Virus record (IMG/VR): IMGVR_UViG_3300037419_000729
Coordinates: 1-44,953 of that record
Strand: one strand, 5' to 3'
Origin: a virus
Taxonomy: Duplodnaviria; Caudoviricetes
DNA: 44,953 nt
The stretch's first letter is position 1. Every line of letters starts with the position of its first letter. The notes under the pieces were generated by a model. It saw nothing but the letters and a program-made list of their open reading frames with translations, made no database searches and was not told where the DNA came from. Positions 10,254 to 18,970 of this stretch are shown piece after piece. A program made the position numbers and the translations under genes.

Positions 10254-12410
10254 TTACTTACAGAGCCCCGCCTGTTTGCACTTTAGGTAGGAGAGGCGAT
10301 TGAGAGCGGTGTCGTTCTGGGAGGTCTTCGACTGGCCGCGGACATACTTGTCGACGACGGTCGTGAAGGCTTCTCCTGGGTCTTTCCCGGAGTCGACCAA
10401 CTCGCGATAGCGATTAACCATCTCAGCATAGGTGCCAGCATCTAGCCGATTGGTGTTGTTGGCGAGAAGCAGCGGTGGCCCATCACTCTTGGTTACGGGC
10501 TTATACTTCTGCAACAGCGCCATCCCCCTGGCATAGTAGGGGTTCTTCTCGACGAGCTGCTGGCCCTGGCGCAGGGCTGTGCGGAGGGTCCGGTAGCGCG
10601 CCAGAGAGGCTTTGCTTCCCAACGGACCAAAGTCCCCATTCTGCCACCTCTCCGTGAGTTGCGCCTCGGTGGTTCCGAGGGCCTCCGGGTCGCCGGCTTC
10701 CATCTGGACCGCCAAGCTCTGGACATCCATGTTGATGTTGGAGTCCCTCTGGGCCTGGTCTGCGCGAGCTTCTGCTCGAGCTTCGGCAGCTTCCTGGCGA
10801 GCAGTCGCTCGATTGTAGCTGATGAGCGTGTGGACTTGCTGCGGGTCGAGAAGCCCGGCAGCGGACTGAGCCGCCAGCCAGGAGTCCGAGGGCGCATGGC
10901 CTTCATCAAACGCCTGGAGGACCTTGTCCATGTTATTGCTCTGGAGGTCCTTAGTCTGCTTCTCCCGCTCGGCTTCCGCATGGGTGCGGATTTGGTCGCG
11001 GGTCTGAACTATCTGGAGCAGCTCCTCCGGGTTGAAGGAGGGCGTCCCATCGGGCCGCCTGCTGTCCTCCAGACCGTTCAAGATGCTGGCATCGCCCGTC
11101 TTGCTGGCCTCCGCATAGAGCCGGGTCAGGAGCCACTTCTTGGCATCGCCCTTCTCGATGGTCGGCGGCAGCCGATTGAGGAAGCCCTCGATGTCGAAGC
11201 CTGGGCGGATGTCCGGCGTCGTCGGCGCCGAGGCGAGCTGCGGCTCATCGCCGGTCGAGACGACCGCCTGGCCGGCGCCGTTGCTGGCGAAGTAGGACCG
11301 AGGCGAGACGTGCTGGCCGTTGACGACGACCGTCATGTGAACGTGAGGGCCGGTGGCGTCCCCGGTCTGCCCGGAGAGGCCCAACAGTTCCCCAGCGTTC
11401 ACCTTGTCCCCGACCTCCACCTTCCTCGCGGAGAGGTGAGCGAAGCCGACGATGGCGCCGTTGGCGAGCTTGACGCGGACGGACTCACCGCCCCCGTTCT
11501 TGGTGTCGTTGTAGGAGGCGACGACCTCACCGGCCATTGGGGCCGCGATGGGCGTTCCGTCCTGGACCGGGAAGTCTTCCCCATTGTGGACGTGGCCATC
11601 CCGCTGGTCCCCGAGCTTGCCCGTCAGCTTGACCGTATCGAAGCCCTGGAAGGGCGCCGAGAGGCGGCCGAGAATGTGGGGCGGGGCTCGGTTAGGGTTG
11701 GCCGGGGGCGGCGACAGGACATCCGGCAAGGGGGCCAGAGGGTCGACCGCCTTGGGGTCTCCGATGGGAGCGCCGCGGGTGCGCTCGACCATCATGTTGT
11801 CGAACGTCGTCCCCATCAGCTTGCCGTCCTGGCGCTGCTTGATGAAGGTGTGGACGGACGGCATCAGCTTGGCCTTCACCTCGGCCAGGGAGTTCCCAAG
11901 CGTCAGCTTGGCTGCCGGCGTTCCGAAGTCCAGAAGGTTGCCCTGGCCGTCGTGGGTCTCCGTGTAGAAGACCTTTTCTATGGCCGCATCGGCATCCTCA
12001 GGGGTCGCGTCAGGGTTGTTGAGGACCGTCTGGACCGCTTCGGTGGCCTTCTGGGCTACGTCAAGGCTCTTAGCCTTCGAGCCCTCCAACTGCCACGCCT
12101 CATAGTAGGCGCGAGAGTTCTTGAAGAGGTCCGGGTTCTGCTTCCCGGAGGCGTAATCGAAGACCGCCTGGGCGTTGTCCTTGGTGTCCTGCTTGGCCTT
12201 GATGTCCCCGACGATGTTCCCGGTGACATCACTGGCGACACCCAACAGCTTTGCCAGGGCCTCCGCATTGGAGGTCGTGTTGGGGCGCCGGATGTCCGCG
12301 TTGACTTCCAGATTGTCCCGCTGGGTATCCTGGCGGGGCATGGTGGTTTCGCGGTTGAACGTCCGCTGGGGTAGGGAGCGCGAAGGAGTGTCAACCTTGG
12401 CGAGGTCCAT
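10254..12410 (-). CDS. Internal virion protein (gp15 position) with an inserted M23 peptidase domain
   Basis: HNGED, FAHLS, TGPHVH M23 metal-binding motifs at about residues 270-365; synteny. Confidence 0.85.
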   Translation of the reverse strand: MDLAKVDTPSRSLPQRTFNRETTMPRQDTQRDNLEVNADIRRPNTTSNAEALAKLLGVASDVTGNIVGDIKAKQDTKDNAQAVFDYASGKQNPDLFKNSRAYYEAWQLEGSKAKSLDVAQKATEAVQTVLNNPDATPEDADAAIEKVFYTETHDGQGNLLDFGTPAAKLTLGNSLAEVKAKLMPSVHTFIKQRQDGKLMGTTFDNMMVERTRGAPIGDPKAVDPLAPLPDVLSPPPANPNRAPPHILGRLSAPFQGFDTVKLTGKLGDQRDGHVHNGEDFPVQDGTPIAAPMAGEVVASYNDTKNGGGESVRVKLANGAIVGFAHLSARKVEVGDKVNAGELLGLSGQTGDATGPHVHMTVVVNGQHVSPRSYFASNGAGQAVVSTGDEPQLASAPTTPDIRPGFDIEGFLNRLPPTIEKGDAKKWLLTRLYAEASKTGDASILNGLEDSRRPDGTPSFNPEELLQIVQTRDQIRTHAEAEREKQTKDLQSNNMDKVLQAFDEGHAPSDSWLAAQSAAGLLDPQQVHTLISYNRATARQEAAEARAEARADQAQRDSNINMDVQSLAVQMEAGDPEALGTTEAQLTERWQNGDFGPLGSKASLARYRTLRTALRQGQQLVEKNPYYARGMALLQKYKPVTKSDGPPLLLANNTNRLDAGTYAEMVNRYRELVDSGKDPGEAFTTVVDKYVRGQSKTSQNDTALNRLSYLKCKQAGLCK

Positions 12411-12413
12411 GCG

Positions 12414-12869
12414 TTAGCCTCCCTTCTTGAAAGCGCCGCCCTTCTGGGCAGCGGCGGCGCCAGCTATGGCAATCTGGAGTCCAGCTCCGAGGGCGGTTGG
12501 CTTGGACACCATATCGGTGTTGGCCTCGGCCACCGTGGCGCGCTTACGGCTCTCTCGGTTGGCGTTGCTGGTTTGGTCAGCCAGGGCGGCCTGCATCTGG
12601 GCATCCTGGAGGAGGCCCTCAACGACCGGGCTTGAGGTGTTCAATCCGGACTCGCCGGCTGCGACCATGATGCGGCCCTGTTCGCGCCTGGCTTGGCGGA
12701 GGCGGTCACTGATTTCCTGAGTGGCCGCCTGGTCAATCTCTTTATTCTTGACGACCGCTTGTGCACGGATGCTGGCGTTCGTTGCATTGGCCGACTGTAT
12801 CTGCCCGACAACCCCGACCGCGGTGGTCGCAACCGCCAAACCAATACCGATACTAATTGGGTCGCACAT
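12414..12869 (-). CDS. Internal virion protein B (gp14-like)
   Basis: MCDP start, Ala/Gly-rich hydrophobic N-terminus, GESG motif, synteny. Confidence 0.8.
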   Translation of the reverse strand: MCDPISIGIGLAVATTAVGVVGQIQSANATNASIRAQAVVKNKEIDQAATQEISDRLRQARREQGRIMVAAGESGLNTSSPVVEGLLQDAQMQAALADQTSNANRESRKRATVAEANTDMVSKPTALGAGLQIAIAGAAAAQKGGAFKKGG

Positions 12870-12872
12870 TGC

Positions 12873-13358
12873 CTAGATTGTCCTGAGGAATTGATAGAAC
12901 AGCCGCCGCTCGGGTCCGAAGTTCGGATGGGCGTCGTGGATGGAGAAGCCGGCCCACTCCAGCCACTTCATGGAGAGCTTGTTGCGGGCGTCGACGTTGG
13001 CCCAAAGGACCGGAAAGAAGCGGTGCAGCTCCTCAACATATTGCCGCGTCTGGCGGGCGACGGAGAGGGCCTCACGCTCGAGGCCATCCGTCCCCATCAT
13101 CCACGCCACCCCCAGGTTGGGAACGGTGTGGGCGGCTACGCCAAAGAGGCCGATGGGCAGACCAGAACCATCAACGATGAGCCAGCTCGCCACGGAGGCG
13201 TCCCAGCTTTCGATGAGGCGCCAGAAAGGGTCAGGCTCATCAGCGTTGGTCGCTTGAAGTTCGGCCCGGTCGGCGCCTCGGAGGTTCGCTGCGATATACT
13301 CCAGCGACTCCCGGATGGTGTCATCATCCAGGGTCGCCATGTCGACCGCTCTCGCCAT
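12873..13358 (-). CDS. gp13-like protein (GNAT-fold)
   Basis: LR..D..E, AWMMGT, LWANVDARN...KWLEWAGF motifs; synteny after tail tube B. Confidence 0.8.
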   Translation of the reverse strand: MARAVDMATLDDDTIRESLEYIAANLRGADRAELQATNADEPDPFWRLIESWDASVASWLIVDGSGLPIGLFGVAAHTVPNLGVAWMMGTDGLEREALSVARQTRQYVEELHRFFPVLWANVDARNKLSMKWLEWAGFSIHDAHPNFGPERRLFYQFLRTI

Positions 13359-15544
13359 TAGAGGGCTCTCGAGAAGAACAGCCCTTCCCACTCCGCGGAG
13401 GTCCACGTCGAGGCGAAGGCGCTGTCATTGACGAGTTCAACGCGGGCCTGGTTGGAGGCGCCGGCCACCGAGAACTCGAAGGGTCCCGTGTGGTAGCCTC
13501 GCTTGCCCAGGACGGCATCGTTCCAGCCGACGTGCTGGCCCGTGAAGACCGTTGAGTGAAGAAGCCCGCTATCCAGGGCAAAGGCATCCAGCCCATAGGG
13601 GTAGACGTCAGCCCGAGTGTAGGCGGTATTGGCGAGGTTCACCGTGAAGGTGTGGAGAACCAGCCGGCCGGTCGTCAGGAGGTGCCCCTGCCAATCCTGC
13701 GGGAACTGCTCTGACAGAACCAGCTTGGTCGTGTAGAGGTGCCCGAGGGTGGCCTGAGCGCCGGACTCGTCGCCGGGAACCGTGAGGGTAGCGCCGGACA
13801 CCGTGTAGGCGGACGGGCTGATGACCCCTTCGGGGGCCGAGGAGCCCTTGCCGCGGACCAACTGGACCTTTGCGGGGTCGATGGCGAACGCCGCGGTGAA
13901 CGTCGTGGTGTTCGTCCCGGCGTTATAGACACCCGTTAGGGCCTGCTGCCGGTCGAGATAAAGGATGTGGTCCTGGTTCGTGCTGACAGCCTGAGGGCTC
14001 AGGTCAATCTTCTCGAGGAAGAAGCCATCCGGCCGCTCGACGAGCAAGTGGAGAGCGCCGCTCTCATAGCTGCCCGACACCGGCTGCCCATCGCCCAGGT
14101 CCCAGACCCGCCAGGCGGACTGGATTTTCTTGTCGCCATCCCAGAAGAATTGGTAGGCGTAGAGCTTCGAGAGCTTGTCGGCCGACGCATCGCGGGTGAG
14201 GACGAAGAGGGCGTTGAGGTCATGCGCCGGGATTAGCTGGGTGGCCCCCTGGGGGAGCAAGCCCGGCACATGGGCCGTGATGTCCGCCGCCTCTGTCGGG
14301 TCGGCACCCGCGAGACGGGTATACTCCTGGACGGCGGTCTGGCCGCTGGAGTCCGTGACGAAGTGGACCTGGCTGCCCATCGGCGTCGGGTGGACAGCCG
14401 AGGACATGATGTAGGACGTGACGGGTGAGATGGCGAGACTGTGGGCGCTAAGGCCGCTGTCGCCGTTGGTCAGCGAGAGCTGGCGCTGTTTCGAGAACAG
14501 CATAACACCGTCCGCGAACGGGACCGCATAGTCGAGCAGGGCCACGTCAGTCGTCGCGGCTGAGGCCGCCAGGGCATCGCTGTCAATGTAGTCCAACACC
14601 GTCCGGCGCCAGAAGTCCCCGTAGTCGCCAGCCCCAGAGAAGATGACCGACTCATCCGCGAGGAAGGCCAGCCTGTTCTGGAAGAAGAAGACGTCCCGGA
14701 TGGTCCGGCCGATGAATGGCGGGACCGGGTTCGTATCGCGGTCGCCTACGCGCCGCGGCTGCCAGGAGAAGGGGGCGAAGGAGAAGGTGCCGTCCGCCTC
14801 TCGAATGAGGGCGTGGGGCATCGTGATTTCATCCAGCGAGTTCTCGAGGCCGGGCTCGACAGTCTCGTTCCAGACCGTCCCGTCGCCCATCACATAGTAG
14901 GATACGAACGACGTCTCGTTCTGGCCCAGGACCTTGTAGACGCAGCCCGAGCAGGGCGGGTCAGGGAGCTTGGTCATGTCCGGCACCGTGCCGGTCAGCC
15001 CGCCCGAATAGGTCGGGTTGGCGTTATACTGGACCGTGTCGCCGGCAAAGACCCGCGACATGACCGAGTTCACGTCCCTTGGGTTGGTCCCTCCAGGGAA
15101 CCTTAGGGAAGCGTCGGGGGCCGTTTGGTCGGAGCCGGCCGACTTCATGGCGACCACCTTCTGGGTGTTCACGATGAACGTGTAATCGGCCACGGTGACG
15201 GCGCGGTAGTTCGGGCCGGCCGCATCGAGGTAGCCCCAGCCGAGCGGCGCATTGACGACCTTGGCGTCCCCGGTGGTCTCATCGAAGACCTGGATGGCCC
15301 CGTTGTCGATGATGACCGTGTAACGCTCGTTGATGTCGCGATTGATGTGGTGGACCGTAGCGTCCCCCAGGGCGAGCCCATCGAGTTTCCGGATGGTTTG
15401 CGTCGGCGGGCGGCGGCCGACACCGCGGGCAATGTCGCCCCAGGTGTTCAGCTCGTCTTCGGTTTGGTCAGGGGACCGCAAGAGGGCCGGCTGGCGGCTG
15501 ATGCCATTCATCAGGGCCGGCAAAGTGCGCGTCGTGAGGGCCAC
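13358..15544 (-). CDS. Tail tubular protein B / nozzle (gp12-like)
   Basis: NGISRQP, GVGRRPP, VADYTFIVN, FFQNRLAFL, QSAW motifs. Confidence 0.95.
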   Translation of the reverse strand: MALTTRTLPALMNGISRQPALLRSPDQTEDELNTWGDIARGVGRRPPTQTIRKLDGLALGDATVHHINRDINERYTVIIDNGAIQVFDETTGDAKVVNAPLGWGYLDAAGPNYRAVTVADYTFIVNTQKVVAMKSAGSDQTAPDASLRFPGGTNPRDVNSVMSRVFAGDTVQYNANPTYSGGLTGTVPDMTKLPDPPCSGCVYKVLGQNETSFVSYYVMGDGTVWNETVEPGLENSLDEITMPHALIREADGTFSFAPFSWQPRRVGDRDTNPVPPFIGRTIRDVFFFQNRLAFLADESVIFSGAGDYGDFWRRTVLDYIDSDALAASAATTDVALLDYAVPFADGVMLFSKQRQLSLTNGDSGLSAHSLAISPVTSYIMSSAVHPTPMGSQVHFVTDSSGQTAVQEYTRLAGADPTEAADITAHVPGLLPQGATQLIPAHDLNALFVLTRDASADKLSKLYAYQFFWDGDKKIQSAWRVWDLGDGQPVSGSYESGALHLLVERPDGFFLEKIDLSPQAVSTNQDHILYLDRQQALTGVYNAGTNTTTFTAAFAIDPAKVQLVRGKGSSAPEGVISPSAYTVSGATLTVPGDESGAQATLGHLYTTKLVLSEQFPQDWQGHLLTTGRLVLHTFTVNLANTAYTRADVYPYGLDAFALDSGLLHSTVFTGQHVGWNDAVLGKRGYHTGPFEFSVAGASNQARVELVNDSAFASTWTSAEWEGLFFSRAL

Positions 15545-15618
15545 TAGGGTCTCCTTAGGCAGATGAAAGGCGGCCCGAAGGCCGCCCTATCCAAGGCCGC
15601 GAACAGCCCCGGTTGGAA

Positions 15619-16224
15619 TTAGAAGGCTCGCCGGGAGGTCCACTTGAGGAAGCCGGGGTTCTTGCGGTAGCTGTTGGTGTCCCGCGAGCGGCGCTCATGG
15701 CGCTGGAGCAGCAAGTAGGCGCGCATCTCGTCCTCCTCGTTGAAATGGTCGAGGACGGTGGAGTTGATGAGCTGGGCCTGGAACCTCCGAGCCGCGGCCA
15801 CGGTGATATATTCCCGAGCCGGAACGGGCAGAGAGTTGAAGTCGTAGCCCCAGACAATGTCGACATCGACGTTGGCGTCGAACTCGAACGTCTGATTATC
15901 GACGTCATAGAGGGCCAGCGAACCCCGAACGGGGTGCGACCTAACAACGGTGTTCTGGGTGTTGTCCGAGGCGTCCATATCGAGGGCGCCGTTGGGAAGA
16001 AGGATGGCCTTGTCCGAGGCGTCGGGGGTCAGGGTGTAACCGTAGTCCGTGTTCCACGACCAGCCGACAGCCTGGACTTCACGGGCAGTCTCCATGAGCT
16101 GCTTGGCCGCCTTAGCGGCGTCCCCGATGCCGGACGATGGGATGGTGTTGACGGGGGCCTGCCCGATGCTCGAGAGCATCCGGTTGACGGCTTCGAGGTC
16201 CGTCGTTGGGGAGAGCATCGCCAA
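15619..16224 (-). CDS. Tail tubular protein A / adaptor (gp11-like)
   Basis: LEAVNRMLSSIGQAPV, GWSWNT, YITVAAARRF motifs. Confidence 0.95.
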   Translation of the reverse strand: MAMLSPTTDLEAVNRMLSSIGQAPVNTIPSSGIGDAAKAAKQLMETAREVQAVGWSWNTDYGYTLTPDASDKAILLPNGALDMDASDNTQNTVVRSHPVRGSLALYDVDNQTFEFDANVDVDIVWGYDFNSLPVPAREYITVAAARRFQAQLINSTVLDHFNEEDEMRAYLLLQRHERRSRDTNSYRKNPGFLKWTSRRAF

Positions 16225-16246
16225 GGGTTGGGGCTCCTATGAAACT

Positions 16247-16282
16247 GAAAAAACGGGGAGCCAGGCACAGAGCCCAGCCCCC
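16247..16282 (-). terminator. Rho-independent terminator after the capsid genes (T-phi-like)
   Basis: GGGGCTGGGC-TCTGT-GCCTGGCTCCCC hairpin followed by a T run on the minus strand. Confidence 0.85.
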
Positions 16283-16298
16283 CGTTCGGAAGGGTCGC

Positions 16299-16700
16299 TT
16301 ATTCGCGGTTGGCGAACATCAGGTCGACCGTGATGGTCGCCCCGGCCGTGATGCCGGCGCCACCGACCAAGAGGTCGATGAGGTCGCCGCCATTGAGGCT
16401 CATGGGGACATCACTGTCGCTGTTGCTGTCCACCTTGCTGGCCGCAGCCGCCGTAGTGGCGGTCGTGACGGCCGAGCCGGCAGCGCGGAGCTGCACGGTG
16501 GCGCCAGCGCCCAGGGAAGCGCTGGTCCGCAGGACGGCGCTGATGAGGTCGACCTTCTGCGACGGGGCAATCCCCATCACGTCAATCGTGTCCCCATTGG
16601 CCGCCGAGCCGTTGACAACAGCGAGCGTCTTCTGGACGTGAAAGACGCCCGAGTTGATGCTCGGGGTCTTGTCGTTGCGGAAGCTAGAAACTCTCGCCAT
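16299..16700 (-). CDS. Putative capsid decoration / minor capsid protein
   Basis: 133 aa, beta-rich, own AAGGA RBS, immediately after the major capsid gene. Confidence 0.7.
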   Translation of the reverse strand: MARVSSFRNDKTPSINSGVFHVQKTLAVVNGSAANGDTIDVMGIAPSQKVDLISAVLRTSASLGAGATVQLRAAGSAVTTATTAAAASKVDSNSDSDVPMSLNGGDLIDLLVGGAGITAGATITVDLMFANRE

Positions 16701-16716
16701 TTGCTATGTTCCTTTC

Positions 16717-17667
16717 TTACGCAATCTTGAGTTCGACAGCGGTCTTCGACCGGAGCGGACGGGTGCCGGACATCCGACGACCGATGAGCAGGGTTCCCTG
16801 CTTCTCGGGCTGCGGAACAATCTGGAAGCCCATGTCCTGGACCACGACCGTCGCCGCCGCATACGGGGTGAAGACCGAACCAATGGTATTGGTGAAGTCC
16901 GCACGGTATTCCGCGGGGATGTCGAGGTTGGCCGTGTCGTTGAAGCCGAAAATCTTGTTCAGATTGTTCGACTTGAGGACCATGATGTCGTCGATGGTCG
17001 TCAGGGTGTGCTTCGCGATGTTGGCGGAACCACCGTTGAAGTCACGGTTGAGGTTCCTGTCGCTGCGCGCCATGAGATACCACGGAGCGGTGCCCATGAT
17101 GGCATGGACCGGCTGCGAGTCGACCGGGACGCTCTTGCCGTCCATCGTCTCTTTCGCCTGGCTGATGCCGTCGAAGAGAACATTGGCGTCGTTGGCGTAG
17201 GCCGCATTGGTCAGCGCCGAACCGCCCTGGTCGCCCACGAAGAGGGCGCCCTGCCGGCTGGCAAGGACGATGCTACGGGCCACAAGGCCGTCGTAGTGCT
17301 CGGCAATCGCCTGGCCGATAGCCTCGGTGTAGGGCGAGCGGACCTCGACGTCGAAGAGAGCTTCGTCGATGTCGGAGACGAACACGTCGGAGACGAGCTT
17401 GTCGTCCGGGCTCACGGTCACGTCCTGAGACGCAATCTGGCCGCCCGTCAGCTCCACACCGGGGGTGTGATAGTGAACGTCAGCGCGCCAGAAGGCGGGG
17501 AACTTGACCGACTTGGCGCCGGCAAGAGTCTGGGAGTTAATCAGCGGGGCAATCTTGAGGTTCGCGCCATAAGCGTTGAGGACCTCTTTGCCACGCACGT
17601 CGAGCAGCAGCTCGAACTCGTCGGTGCCGCCTTCGCGAAGACCCGGACGAGAGGGATTGCTATTCAT
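16717..17667 (-). CDS. Major capsid protein (gp10-like)
   Basis: GAKSVKFP, YHTPG, DIDEA..DVRSPY..IGQAIA..YD motifs. Confidence 0.95.
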   Translation of the reverse strand: MNSNPSRPGLREGGTDEFELLLDVRGKEVLNAYGANLKIAPLINSQTLAGAKSVKFPAFWRADVHYHTPGVELTGGQIASQDVTVSPDDKLVSDVFVSDIDEALFDVEVRSPYTEAIGQAIAEHYDGLVARSIVLASRQGALFVGDQGGSALTNAAYANDANVLFDGISQAKETMDGKSVPVDSQPVHAIMGTAPWYLMARSDRNLNRDFNGGSANIAKHTLTTIDDIMVLKSNNLNKIFGFNDTANLDIPAEYRADFTNTIGSVFTPYAAATVVVQDMGFQIVPQPEKQGTLLIGRRMSGTRPLRSKTAVELKIA

Positions 17668-17867
17668 GTTGGGGGTTACTCACTTTGAGGGTTGGGTTTC
17701 TTTCGTCCCATGTCCTCAAGGTCCGTGGCGGGAGTGGAGGTTGTCGGGCCGCAGCCCGGCCTCGCGGCCTTCGGATTGTCTTTTGGTAATCTGGGTGGGG
17801 TGGGGGCCGCTCACTTACGTTGGGCAGCCCCCATTAGGTTATCCTCCCGGTCGTCACCGGGGCGGAA

Positions 17868-18779
17868 TTACTTAATGACGCCAGCCTCACGCGAACGGCG
17901 AAGTTTGGCGATAGCCTTGCGGCGCTTCACCGGGTCCCGGAGGCGGTCTGCCTCGGCCAGGTCCTTCTGGAAGTCGCCTTCATCTTCGTAGACATCGCCC
18001 TTGGAGACGCTCGTCGTCTTGATGAGAGAGCCTTCGCCGGGGTTGGCTTTCTTGAAGGCCGCCATCAGGCCCGCAACCGCGGGGCCGATGGTCTCGACGT
18101 CGCCCATCTGGGCGTTGAACGCCATCTTCTGCTTGTCCGACCAATTGGTCAGAGCCCAGGCGACGGCCGAATTGTAGTTGTCTGCGCTGCCGGCTTCCGA
18201 ATATGCCTTCTCATAGAGGGCCGCTTCGGCTGCCTTTACGCCGGCAAGGTGGTAGTCGATGAGGTCATCGGTGATGCCGGCCTTGCGGAGCGCCTCACGG
18301 GACTCTTCGGGAAGCTCGCCGCCATTCGCGGCATACGCTTCACGGGCCGACTCGATTGCAGACTTTACGGCCGCCGCAGAGGCGTCCTCATCGTCCTTAT
18401 TCGCGTCGTCGCCCTTGTCGTCGTCCTTGTCGTCGCTCTTGTCGTCGCCATCGGCGTTGTCGGTGTCATCGCCCTTGTCATCATCGTCGTCGACCTTGGA
18501 CGTATCATCGTCACCATCGTCGTCGTCCGACTTGCCTTTCCCGAGCTTGCTCTCGAGGGCCTGGTAGGACTTGATGAGGTCATCCTGCCGGAGCTTCCCC
18601 TCGACCGGGTCCCAGAACTTCTCCGGGACGCCATCAGGGGCCGGCGTCAGCGTGGGGGCCATCGGGTCGCGATGCTCAACGGAGCCGCGAAACTCTTTCT
18701 GGCCAGTGATGTCGACCTTGATGTTGGACTCGTTACCTTCGCCTTCGAGGTTGTCTTCGACCTGGCTGCCGTCTGCCAT
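17868..18779 (-). CDS. Capsid scaffolding protein (gp9-like)
   Basis: PEKFW, KSYQALESKLG, very acidic linker, AG..NY...WA, basic C-terminus; synteny. Confidence 0.9.
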   Translation of the reverse strand: MADGSQVEDNLEGEGNESNIKVDITGQKEFRGSVEHRDPMAPTLTPAPDGVPEKFWDPVEGKLRQDDLIKSYQALESKLGKGKSDDDDGDDDTSKVDDDDDKGDDTDNADGDDKSDDKDDDKGDDANKDDEDASAAAVKSAIESAREAYAANGGELPEESREALRKAGITDDLIDYHLAGVKAAEAALYEKAYSEAGSADNYNSAVAWALTNWSDKQKMAFNAQMGDVETIGPAVAGLMAAFKKANPGEGSLIKTTSVSKGDVYEDEGDFQKDLAEADRLRDPVKRRKAIAKLRRSREAGVIK

Positions 18780-18970
18780 TATTCGACCTCGTCGGTGTAG
18801 TTGGTGAGCGTGGTGCCGTTGCCGAGCTTGAGGACCTCGGACTTATACTTCTTGACCATGTGCCGAGCGGGCTGCTCGGTGCGGTCTTCAACCAGCGTGG
18901 TGTTGGTCGAGACATCAGTCTCGACCTTGGTGGACACCTTTATGTTCGCCTTAGGGGCGGCGTCAGCCAT
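18779..18970 (-). CDS. Small hypothetical protein between portal and scaffold
   Basis: 63 aa, GGAGG RBS, overlapping start/stop with neighbours. Confidence 0.7.
   Translation of the reverse strand: MADAAPKANIKVSTKVETDVSTNTTLVEDRTEQPARHMVKKYKSEVLKLGNGTTLTNYTDEVE

Noticed and set aside
10659-12374. Long plus-strand ORFs (571 aa here; also 3778-5202, 9021-10097, 16654-17688, 32543-33517)
   Set aside because: They are antisense shadows of well-supported minus-strand genes in GC-rich DNA, with no recognisable motifs.
16299-16904. T7 10B-style capsid frameshift extension
   Set aside because: The alternative frame over the capsid end stops at 16704, and the next gene has its own RBS and ATG.
18385-18530. 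GAC-rich repeats in the scaffold gene
   Set aside because: Explained by the Asp/Lys low-complexity linker of the scaffolding protein.
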